Source: a virus (taxonomy: Duplodnaviria; Caudoviricetes). From it: DNA of 64,000 nucleotides. Where the stretch lies: the IMG/VR virus record IMGVR_UViG_3300016667_000797, positions 1 to 64,000 of that record. One strand, given 5' to 3'. The notes below the pieces were generated by a model. The model did no database searches and had not been told where the DNA came from. It saw only the letters and a program-made list of their open reading frames with translations. Every line of letters begins with the position of its first letter. Within the stretch, counting starts at the first letter, position 1. The translations under genes and the position numbers were made by a program. This document shows, piece by piece, positions 53,979 through 62,491 of this stretch.

Positions 53979-54806
53979 ATGTTTTCCGTATGTGCCGTGC
54001 TCTACGGCGACCATCCACAACTGGCCCGACGACTTCTGAACTCGCTGGAAAGCCATGCCTACGTGCAGGATTTCCGTCTAGGTCTGAATGCAGTCTGTGA
54101 TGAGACGAAAGAAGTCGTTGTCGCCTGGGCGTTGCAGCAGATGCATCGCTGTCCGGTCTACACCTACGAAGAAGACATGGGGCTGAACCTGGGTAAATAC
54201 CCACTGATGCGTCAGATGTTTCGTGACCGTACTCCGGCTGACAAGATTATGTGGTTTGATGACGATAGCTACCTCGACCACACCACTGGCGTGCCTTGGT
54301 GGCATCGGATCGCAGAGCACAGTCGCGGCATGCTACAACTGGGCGTCCCGCACTACATCCAGCAACGTGGGCGGCAGCATGAGGTAATCGTGCGCCAGCC
54401 CTGGTACAACAACAAGCCCGTAGATGCCAAGCATCGGTACCGGTTTGCTACCGGCGGCTGGTGGGTGGCTGATACGGCATTCCTACTTCAGTGGAACTAT
54501 CCGTTCCCGGCCCTCTACCACAATGGCGGTGATTCGATCCTGGGCGAGCTGATCCGCCAACAGAATGGATCGGTGATACATGCGATCGAAGAAGCGCAGT
54601 GTCATTGTGAAAGCTGCGCCATGCGGGGACTGCGTACGGGTGTGCCCGTGGTACACATCAATGTGGGCGGTCGTAAGGGTCGCCGCGGTATCGGCGTGCA
54701 GAACGAACGCTATGTCTGGGCAGACGGCAATACCAAACCGCCGCTGACTCATCAGGATTTTGATTTGCGCATCTCGCGGTACGAGGTCGCGCTCTATCAG
54801 GCATAA
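53979..54806 (+). CDS. GT-A fold glycosyltransferase-like protein
   Basis: NLGKYPLMR, IMWFDDDSY (DxD), FATGGWW, GDSILG. Confidence 0.6.
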   Translation: MFSVCAVLYGDHPQLARRLLNSLESHAYVQDFRLGLNAVCDETKEVVVAWALQQMHRCPVYTYEEDMGLNLGKYPLMRQMFRDRTPADKIMWFDDDSYLDHTTGVPWWHRIAEHSRGMLQLGVPHYIQQRGRQHEVIVRQPWYNNKPVDAKHRYRFATGGWWVADTAFLLQWNYPFPALYHNGGDSILGELIRQQNGSVIHAIEEAQCHCESCAMRGLRTGVPVVHINVGGRKGRRGIGVQNERYVWADGNTKPPLTHQDFDLRISRYEVALYQA

Positions 54807-54815
54807 GGAGAAACG

Positions 54816-55256
54816 ATGAGCTTTGACTGGAAACAAATGCAGCCGGGCGATGGTTACTTTGCTGAACGGCGCCATGACGTACACAACTACACCAGCGAGC
54901 TGGTGGTGGGTTTGAACATACGAGGCAACGCGTCGCATGTTCAGGTGCTGGAGAGCAGCTTCAATCCAACCCCGGATCAGGTGGCCGCACACAAGCGGAA
55001 ACTGATGTTCTTGGAAGCCTACGCGTCCTACCTGAATGCAGGTGGTTCTCCGGCCGAGGCTACGCGACTGCTTGAGACCTGGACTTCGTACGGCGGCTTG
55101 GTCTTCGACGGCTGGTTTTACTTTGACTGCGGCCGGTCGGAGGACGGACACGTCTGCCACGAGTTCCGCAACAAAACGTCCGATCGGTTTGTGCGCTGGG
55201 TCGAGAACGAGTACATCGACACTGATTTGACCGCACAAGACATTTTGGAGGGGTGA
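54816..55256 (+). CDS. hypothetical protein
   Basis: AAGGAG SD. Confidence 0.6.
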   Translation: MSFDWKQMQPGDGYFAERRHDVHNYTSELVVGLNIRGNASHVQVLESSFNPTPDQVAAHKRKLMFLEAYASYLNAGGSPAEATRLLETWTSYGGLVFDGWFYFDCGRSEDGHVCHEFRNKTSDRFVRWVENEYIDTDLTAQDILEG

Positions 55257-56167
55257 TGACGCAAGCCAAACATCCACCGCTGCCGTCGATCTCGATCAAG
55301 GCGATTGTGGCGCGTCGCAATGCGCTGATTTCCAAACTGGCTCCTTTTGTCGGGCAGCAGCTGATCGCGGACAAGTATTATGAGTTCGTGGATCGGCTGC
55401 ACTATGCATTGCCGGAAGGAATCTTGCGCGACGTGGTGCATGACAGCGTCAAGAGCCTACTCAAGAAGGAGCTGACCAACGACCTGCTGGTGTCAACCTG
55501 CTGGCGCCTGGCAGCCAATATCGAGCAACTGCGGTCGGTCAAGCCGGTACCACCCTGGACACGACAGCGTGTATTTGAGTGGATTCCGGTGCAGATCTGC
55601 GGTGTGGAGACACATCGTAAGGGTAAAAGCCTGACCAACCTTTTCACGTTTCAAAGTCTGGGTGGTTCCCTGGTGCCCAAGACTCTGGCACAGAGCTGGT
55701 CGCTCAACAAGACAAACTATATGGCTCGGTATCGCAACGAAAAGGGCCTGGGATTCGGCTTCGGCCGGTCGCACGTCAACCAGCGTGGTGAGCAGAAAGG
55801 TCGTGGCCTTTTTCTGGATGTGCAGCAGTTTTACGGACTGCGCTGTTTTCTGCTGCTGGATCCAAACCGGTCGCAAACCGACCCGTTTGCTGTTGAAGTA
55901 GGCCATACGCATTCCACGATGGAATATAATAAGCAACTCATCGCTGCCCGAGACCGGCAGCAGAACCCATGCATCAACGGAATTTCGGATTCCTTGGAGT
56001 GTTTTCTTTGCCCGTATGGAGTAGACCGCTGCGTCTTGGCGACACATGCGGTAACTTATAGGCGGCAAACTTGTCCGCGGTGCAAACAGCTCGGGTTCAC
56101 AGACCCAAACGAGTTTGATCATCCGGGGACGTGTGTCAACTGTGTCTTTGAACTGAGGAAGCTATGA
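55253..56167 (+). CDS. hypothetical protein with C-terminal Cys clusters
   Basis: CFLC..C, CPRC, CVNC. Confidence 0.6.
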   Translation: MMTQAKHPPLPSISIKAIVARRNALISKLAPFVGQQLIADKYYEFVDRLHYALPEGILRDVVHDSVKSLLKKELTNDLLVSTCWRLAANIEQLRSVKPVPPWTRQRVFEWIPVQICGVETHRKGKSLTNLFTFQSLGGSLVPKTLAQSWSLNKTNYMARYRNEKGLGFGFGRSHVNQRGEQKGRGLFLDVQQFYGLRCFLLLDPNRSQTDPFAVEVGHTHSTMEYNKQLIAARDRQQNPCINGISDSLECFLCPYGVDRCVLATHAVTYRRQTCPRCKQLGFTDPNEFDHPGTCVNCVFELRKL

Positions 56168-56673
56168 CGTTACAGGCTCGGATGAGTTCCAGTGACCCGC
56201 GGTTGTATAACCCGTCTCGTGACGTGGCACACAACTTTCAGCAGGTGATGGAGCTGGTCGCAGGTAGGTTAGAGGATCGTGTCTGGCCCGAGTTGGACAG
56301 CGTGCTCGATCGAGAGCAGATTACGCTTGACGATCTGGGGGCGGCGTGCGGCGCCTATTGCTGCTATCTGGCGTCTGCGGCGCAGGAACCGGAACTTAGC
56401 CTGTTCGAGGGGTTGAAGAAATCCGGCTTTCTGGATTGCAAGCCTGCGGCTCAGGTTGCTGTAATGGCACATATTGGCGCGTGTTACGCTGCCATCCAGT
56501 ATGCCGGTGTGCGCGAGGCTACGATCAACGGAGAAGGCCCGCTCATGACAGTGACCGACCTGTTGGGCTACGCTGACCAGTTCTACCGGTACACCGGCAT
56601 GTCCAGACGCCGTCGGCGCTGGGAGCAATTTAAGGTCCGATTGCGCGCAGGGCTGCAAGCAATCCGTAAGTGA
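56164..56673 (+). CDS. hypothetical protein
   Basis: 169 aa, ATGA coupling. Confidence 0.6.
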   Translation: MTLQARMSSSDPRLYNPSRDVAHNFQQVMELVAGRLEDRVWPELDSVLDREQITLDDLGAACGAYCCYLASAAQEPELSLFEGLKKSGFLDCKPAAQVAVMAHIGACYAAIQYAGVREATINGEGPLMTVTDLLGYADQFYRYTGMSRRRRRWEQFKVRLRAGLQAIRK

Positions 56674-56694
56674 GGGAAGGTCTAGGGAAGCTGC

Positions 56695-57645
56695 ATGATC
56701 ATCAATGATTGGGATCAGACGTTCACCGTCAAGTATGGGCATCAGTTTCCCCGGTCTTATCTTTGCTTTGATACGGAGTTCACCGGCTCCGACGATCGCA
56801 ATGATCTGATTGTCGAAATCGGTCATACGATGGTAGAAGACGGCAAAATCGTCGACCAGCTTAACCTGGTGTTGAACTGGTACAACCATCCGGAAGTTCA
56901 AGCCACCTGGCTGGACTACAAGCTCAACAACATGCGATCGCTGGTCGGTCCCGGCTGGCGACTGTTACCCCATGTCGTCAAAGGTGAAGGGCAGGATCCG
57001 CTTCAGGTACTTCGGTTTTACCACAAGCTGTTCGCCACCTGGAGCAAACGCGGGCTCCCTTTTGTAGCGCAAAATGGCCAGTCCGCCGACGAGCGGCTGC
57101 TTCGTGGTAATTTCGATCGCTTCCTGAACAAGAGCTTCGAACTTCCGGCGAACGGCTACTTTGACACAGGCGCGATTTTCAAGGCAAACCAGATCTGGCA
57201 AGCCCAGGATTCCAATCTGGCAAACTATCGACTGGCCATGATGCCGACACGAGCAGACACGCTGAAATCTTACTTTCAGCGTGTCTGCCATACCCGGGTC
57301 ACGGGAGTGAAGTGGGGCCTGAAATTTATCCTCGAACATTACGATCTCATCTCCCGGCACGGGGTGGACGTTAATCAACTGCATAACGCAGGATACGATT
57401 CACTCTGCTTACATTGGGTGATGGAGGAATATCGGAATCGAGTCCTGCCTCGCCCCGCTGGCGAATTAAACGCCGCAAACTTACAGCAGATTTTCGAGGA
57501 GGAAACCGCCAAATATCAAAAAGATAGGGCAAGAGCGGCAGCCGTATCAGGAAAATCGGAACCGGAGGGTCCGGTTCGTCCTGTGCGAACGACTCCGGCC
57601 CTGTCACAATCACGGCGGCCACAACGCAGACAACGCTTGATTTGA
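56695..57645 (+). CDS. DEDDh 3'-5' exonuclease (DnaQ-like)
   Basis: CFDTEFTG, IVEIG, VAQNG..AD, YFDTG, LHNAGYD. Confidence 0.85.
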   Translation: MIINDWDQTFTVKYGHQFPRSYLCFDTEFTGSDDRNDLIVEIGHTMVEDGKIVDQLNLVLNWYNHPEVQATWLDYKLNNMRSLVGPGWRLLPHVVKGEGQDPLQVLRFYHKLFATWSKRGLPFVAQNGQSADERLLRGNFDRFLNKSFELPANGYFDTGAIFKANQIWQAQDSNLANYRLAMMPTRADTLKSYFQRVCHTRVTGVKWGLKFILEHYDLISRHGVDVNQLHNAGYDSLCLHWVMEEYRNRVLPRPAGELNAANLQQIFEEETAKYQKDRARAAAVSGKSEPEGPVRPVRTTPALSQSRRPQRRQRLI

Positions 57646-57655
57646 GGAGAATCGG

Positions 57656-58012
57656 ATGGCCAAGAAAAGGATCAATTCCCGTGCCAAGGGCGCGGTCGGC
57701 GAGCGAGAGTTGGCCGGTGAGTTCAATCGCCTGTTTGGGACGCAGGCACGTCGTGGTCAACAGTTCAGCGGGATTGAAGGTGAAGACGTGGTCGGCCTGA
57801 CAGGCATTCACGTGGAGTGTAAGCGGGTCGAAGCCCTCAACATCCACAACGCGATTGCCCAGGCCAAGCGCGACGCCAAAGAAGGGAACGTCCCTGTGGT
57901 GTTCCACCGCAAGAATCGGACCAACTGGCTGGTAACATTCGAGCTCGACGAAGTCGAGTCGTTCGTGGCCCGGATCGGCGATCTGCTGGCCGCGGCTGAA
58001 GGCGTGGAGTGA
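57656..58012 (+). CDS. PD-(D/E)xK Holliday junction resolvase-like nuclease
   Basis: NSRAKGAVGERE, EDVV, HVECKR, PVVFHRKNR. Confidence 0.8.
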   Translation: MAKKRINSRAKGAVGERELAGEFNRLFGTQARRGQQFSGIEGEDVVGLTGIHVECKRVEALNIHNAIAQAKRDAKEGNVPVVFHRKNRTNWLVTFELDEVESFVARIGDLLAAAEGVE

Positions 58013-58043
58013 GTTTCAATTCCGGATTTTAGGAAGGACACCG

Positions 58044-59132
58044 ATGTCGGACCAGGAAGCAGTGAACCCGAGCGACGACGAGGCGCTCAAGCAGGAGATG
58101 GAGCAGGCGGGCGATCTGGCCAATCTGCTGGTCAAACAGAACGCCAAGTTCGTGAAGGCCGTCTCCGGCATGCTGGCGTCGAGGCAGCTTTACACAGTCT
58201 GCGTCTACGAGCTGGACTCGTTGCTCAAGGAGTTCAAAACCGTCGATCCCGACGGCACGTCGATCACCGACCGGCAGCGGGAGATGATTCGTGAGTTGCT
58301 GGTCAACTCGGCTGCCGTGCAGGCGCAGCAGCCGTTTGACGAGCGCACACTCTTTGACGGACTGACCAAGGTGATCTTTCCTTGGCTTGAGTCGATCGTG
58401 GAGCACCACACACACCAGCAGGAAGAGGCACGCAAGCGGGCCGAAGCCGCTCGGCTACAGTTGCGAATCAATTCCAAGATCGACCTAGGCGACATGTTTA
58501 TTGACGCTCCGGCTGAAGGCCTGGGTCGAACGTCGCGCGTGCTGTTTGTGGGTGACCCGACTGCGCTGCGGTTCGTGGCGGCCCAGATTGCAGACAAGCT
58601 GCTGACCGCGGAAGACCAACAGCTGCAGGTCGTGCACCTGGCGGAAAAGCGATACGTTCCGGCACAGCCGACGGCGTATCTGGTCACTGTACCACCCAAC
58701 GTCTGGGCTGACTGTGCCAAGAATGGCGTAGGCTTCCAGAAGGTTTACCAGTCGTTCGTCCTGGCGCAGATCAACCACACGCCGGACGTGCTGCTGGTCT
58801 CGAACCTGCCCAAGACCAACACCGGCCTGCATACCAGTGTCGGGGCGGTCTCATTGGCCAACGTCAACGAGGCCCAGCACAGGCTGGCCAAGTGGTGCGA
58901 GCTGGCCGCGGCGCTGTTGGTCAGTTTCCTGCCGCTGGATCGACCACTGCGGGACGACGAGCTGAACTCGGAAGCCTGGGAGCAGATCAACCGCCACAAC
59001 CTGGTGCGGACCGTGACTGTCCGTCCAGCGGATGGCGGCATGGTCGAGATCTTCACCGGCGACACCAGGCTGTGCGAGGTGTCCCGCGAGACACTCGACC
59101 AGTTCAAAGACAAGTTGATCATCACCAGCTGA
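58044..59132 (+). CDS. hypothetical protein with a degenerate RecA/DnaB-like ATPase fold
   Basis: RVLFVGDP (no GKT), PDVLLVSNL, RLAKWCELAAALLVSFLPLDR. Confidence 0.4.
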   Translation: MSDQEAVNPSDDEALKQEMEQAGDLANLLVKQNAKFVKAVSGMLASRQLYTVCVYELDSLLKEFKTVDPDGTSITDRQREMIRELLVNSAAVQAQQPFDERTLFDGLTKVIFPWLESIVEHHTHQQEEARKRAEAARLQLRINSKIDLGDMFIDAPAEGLGRTSRVLFVGDPTALRFVAAQIADKLLTAEDQQLQVVHLAEKRYVPAQPTAYLVTVPPNVWADCAKNGVGFQKVYQSFVLAQINHTPDVLLVSNLPKTNTGLHTSVGAVSLANVNEAQHRLAKWCELAAALLVSFLPLDRPLRDDELNSEAWEQINRHNLVRTVTVRPADGGMVEIFTGDTRLCEVSRETLDQFKDKLIITS

Positions 59133-59142
59133 GGAAGCAAAG

Positions 59143-59790
59143 ATGGATGTCCTATTGAGCTGGGCCTATCTCGATCTGGCCGAGCAGTTCTACGCCGATT
59201 TACCTGACAAAAAGGCGCGGAGCGCGGCGGAAGTTTCGGTACCCGAGCTGATCGAGTATCACAAGCGAATGGAAAAACCGCCCGAGCGGTTGCCGGACGA
59301 GTTGAACAACAACTTGCTGGCGATCCGAATCGTGGTGCCCGAGGAAAACGATGTGAGCACATTCCGGCTGGCCAAGCGCATGCCGGGTGATTCGCAGTTA
59401 CCTCCGGCACTGGCAGCTCGGAGTTATATGCTTTCCCGGTTTCCGACCGAATGGCACATCGCTCCGGGCAAGAAACGGCAGCTTCGATTTATCGGGTTGC
59501 CGGGGCTTTCTCAGTTCCTGGAATACTGGGCGGTGTCGTGTGCTGCTCTAGGGCAGTCGCTGCCGACCTCGCTTTGGCGAGACACACCGGTCCTGGAGCT
59601 GCCTGAGACTGAGCTGCTTTGCAAGCTCTTGTGGGCTTGCGCCTACAACGACAAGGGAGACAATCAGCAGATATTTGCCAATCTGCATACGAACTGGCAC
59701 GGGCCCGGCCGTAGCGCCGACCTGGACAGTACCGTCTTGTTGGCATTGACCCATCGGTTGGGCGTATACCAGGGGCCAACCGATGAGTGA
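59143..59790 (+). CDS. hypothetical protein
   Basis: 215 aa ORF. Confidence 0.6.
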   Translation: MDVLLSWAYLDLAEQFYADLPDKKARSAAEVSVPELIEYHKRMEKPPERLPDELNNNLLAIRIVVPEENDVSTFRLAKRMPGDSQLPPALAARSYMLSRFPTEWHIAPGKKRQLRFIGLPGLSQFLEYWAVSCAALGQSLPTSLWRDTPVLELPETELLCKLLWACAYNDKGDNQQIFANLHTNWHGPGRSADLDSTVLLALTHRLGVYQGPTDE

Positions 59791-60481
59791 TATGCCTCGT
59801 CCCCAGGAAGACCAGTTCTACACGTTCAAGCCGTTTGTGGTACCCAAGTATCACATCAAGTTTGAACGGGCGGCTCAGCTGGCGGACATTCCGGGCTATG
59901 TCTGGTACAGCCCGGCACCGCTCTATCTCTGGGGTCGCTTCTCGGAGTCGAACCTGGCGGACGCGGTGCAGCGCCACGACCTGAAGATCTTTTGGTACAA
60001 GTTCGACCAGCCGATCTTCGGCGGGCTTCAGCTGCCGGGCGACAACAGCTGGAACCATGCCCTTTGGGCCGCACGCGAAGACCAGTGGAACCTCCTGGTG
60101 GATGCGATCCTGGAAACCGTACAGTTCGACATTCCGCAGTCGCGGCTCTACCAGTACGCGCTGCAGAAGTTCTCAATCTACGATCCACTGGCGGTGGACG
60201 CTCAAAAGCTGGTGACAGCCAAAACGCCTCGCGTGCCGGTCAACGTCTTCGCGGTGCTGACCAACGAGCGGCAATATGCGTTTGACACACGCAAGCCGGA
60301 GATGCCTCAGGCTCCGGCGATTGCCAGCTTCAAGCCAAGCCAGATTCACGTGGATGCAGCCCGCACCCTGTTTGCAGCCAAGAACCTGACGCAGGACAAG
60401 GCGTTTGCGCGTTACAAGGAAATCATGACCCAGGCACAGGACCTGGAGCATCAGAAGAAAATCAACCAATATCGAAGGTGA
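59783..60481 (+). CDS. hypothetical protein
   Basis: 232 aa ORF. Confidence 0.65.
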   Translation: MSDMPRPQEDQFYTFKPFVVPKYHIKFERAAQLADIPGYVWYSPAPLYLWGRFSESNLADAVQRHDLKIFWYKFDQPIFGGLQLPGDNSWNHALWAAREDQWNLLVDAILETVQFDIPQSRLYQYALQKFSIYDPLAVDAQKLVTAKTPRVPVNVFAVLTNERQYAFDTRKPEMPQAPAIASFKPSQIHVDAARTLFAAKNLTQDKAFARYKEIMTQAQDLEHQKKINQYRR

Positions 60482-60488
60482 GTGAGTC

Positions 60489-60707
60489 GTGTCTGAGTTT
60501 CCCATTCCATCGTTGCGGCAATTCCTGCTGCCGGATCAATTGGTCAAGGTCATGGTCTTTGCTGCGGCGGATCTGGCCGAACTGAACCAGGTGGTCAATG
60601 CCTGGGTCAACGAGACCAAGGCGATTGTGGCCACCGTGAGTGCCCCAGCAATTACTGACACAGGTGCAACCCTGTCGTTGACCTATATACCTGCGACGGG
60701 AGCCTGA
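60489..60707 (+). CDS. hypothetical protein
   Basis: 72 aa ORF. Confidence 0.55.
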   Translation: MSEFPIPSLRQFLLPDQLVKVMVFAAADLAELNQVVNAWVNETKAIVATVSAPAITDTGATLSLTYIPATGA

Positions 60708-60708
60708 G

Positions 60709-61296
60709 ATGAAGGATAAGAAGGCGGTCGAACGCTGGAGCGCTTTTCAGGCCAAGGTTCCCGGCCTGGTGGAGGCTATGCGGGAGGTTCAGGAGGTCGT
60801 CACTGATCAAGACATCGAACTGGCTGACCTGAAGAAGCGATTGCCGCAGGACGTAGTGGACTGGCTGGACGACAGCAAGCGCAAGCATGACCCCAGACGC
60901 TGGAGCCGGGATCTGGCCCACAAGTGGATTCTGTGTGAGATGCCGTCAGGCAGCTATCCGGTGATTCGCGAGTTTGAGACTCTGGACGAACTGCGAGAGG
61001 CCCTGGCGGCACTCGAAGACACAGAGACGGCTGCGGTGGTCACCTACGGGGCTCACATCCCGTTCTCGACCCCGCTGACTCGGATGGACGGGCGCAAGTT
61101 TCGCTACCTGATGTTGCCCAACGAGACGTCGGTTGTGGTGGGCAACGGCGAAACCCAGCAGCTGATCTTTAACGACGAATTGCCCGAGGATTTGGAAGTC
61201 CAGCCACACCACTGGCTGGGCGATCCGCGTGATCTGGAAGGTGGCTACTACACGCCGGGATCAGATGACGCCGGGGCCGACGGGGCCTCGGCGTAA
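60709..61296 (+). CDS. hypothetical protein
   Basis: 195 aa ORF. Confidence 0.6.
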   Translation: MKDKKAVERWSAFQAKVPGLVEAMREVQEVVTDQDIELADLKKRLPQDVVDWLDDSKRKHDPRRWSRDLAHKWILCEMPSGSYPVIREFETLDELREALAALEDTETAAVVTYGAHIPFSTPLTRMDGRKFRYLMLPNETSVVVGNGETQQLIFNDELPEDLEVQPHHWLGDPRDLEGGYYTPGSDDAGADGASA

Positions 61297-61331
61297 CAAC
61301 CCTTTCTTTTAGCTATCAGAAGGAACAACGC

Positions 61332-62264
61332 ATGGCAAACAATGAATTTCGCGCAGACACGCCGGATCCCACCCAGTATTTCGTGGACAAGGGTCCACGG
61401 CCGGGTACGATGATTCCGCGCTCCAACGACGAGGGCGTCTCCCTGGGTTTTGATCACAATCAACCGCAGAAGGTGATTGTCGATCCCGGTATGCCGGATG
61501 GCGGATTCGTGCTCGACCTAGGTGCGATGCGGGAAAGCTCGGCATTCAAAAACGCAAGAGTGCGATCAAGCTCGGACGTGGCATCGTTTTATCGTGAAAT
61601 AAGTCAAAAGCTGGCAGAAGAGGCTGCGCAGCCAAAAAAGGAGAAACCTGTGAGTGCCCCGTTGAAGCCGTTGCCGGAAGCGCCTGCCGAGGTCAAAGTC
61701 GAATTGACGTCACAGATCAATCAACTGCTGCAAGAGGAAGCGGCCAAGGCCGCAGCAGTCAAGGCCCATTACTTTGACCAGGCAGGCGGTTTTCCACCAC
61801 CCCAGATGCCCTCCCCTGCTGAGCTGCTCCTGCGAGCACAGCTGGCGCAGCAAGCGCAGGTCCTCAATTCGCTGGTCGAGCGAATCAACACCATGCAACC
61901 AACCCCGGCAGAAGAACCTCCTGCGGTTGAGCCGTCTAACTTCGCCTCGTTTCAAATTCCGTTTTTTAACGGAGCCAAGCCTGAGCGACCCCAGTACGAA
62001 ATCTACTTCGAAATGGCGCGAATGGGTACAATGGCAGCTCGGTATCATGCTGTTGTTGACGGGACCGACTGCGTCGCCCTGGTTTACGACACGCGGTTTG
62101 AAGACGGTTTCCAGTATCTGCCTCCCAACCTAGGTGAAGAGCAGATTACCATCACGGTGCCCAAGCTCAAGCAGAAGTTTACCTGTTCCTCACTGGGGCT
62201 ACATTGGTCACTGGGCTGTCTGGATATTGTCATTCTGCTCAAACATGCAGGAGAATCGGTATGA
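61332..62264 (+). CDS. hypothetical protein
   Basis: 310 aa, AAGGA SD, P/A/E-rich linker. Confidence 0.65.
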   Translation: MANNEFRADTPDPTQYFVDKGPRPGTMIPRSNDEGVSLGFDHNQPQKVIVDPGMPDGGFVLDLGAMRESSAFKNARVRSSSDVASFYREISQKLAEEAAQPKKEKPVSAPLKPLPEAPAEVKVELTSQINQLLQEEAAKAAAVKAHYFDQAGGFPPPQMPSPAELLLRAQLAQQAQVLNSLVERINTMQPTPAEEPPAVEPSNFASFQIPFFNGAKPERPQYEIYFEMARMGTMAARYHAVVDGTDCVALVYDTRFEDGFQYLPPNLGEEQITITVPKLKQKFTCSSLGLHWSLGCLDIVILLKHAGESV

Positions 62265-62464
62265 TGGAAAAGAACGGCGCAATCAATAGTTGCACACCCG
62301 GCGGCTGCAAGAACGGCTGTCAGTCCAAGCAGGCCAGCGACACACCACGGTTGAAGCAGCAGACGCGCTTCCCGATGGATGACGAGCAGGCTAATCGGAT
62401 CGACAACGATCTGACGAAGCAGGCGGCCGAGATTGTGCGCGACGCCACCAAAACCAGCCGGTAA
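62261..62464 (+). CDS. small hypothetical protein
   Basis: AGGAG SD; ...LDNDLTKQAAEIV. Confidence 0.55.
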   Translation: MMEKNGAINSCTPGGCKNGCQSKQASDTPRLKQQTRFPMDDEQANRIDNDLTKQAAEIVRDATKTSR

Positions 62465-62491
62465 GACTGTCCGAATCACGGAGGATCCTCG

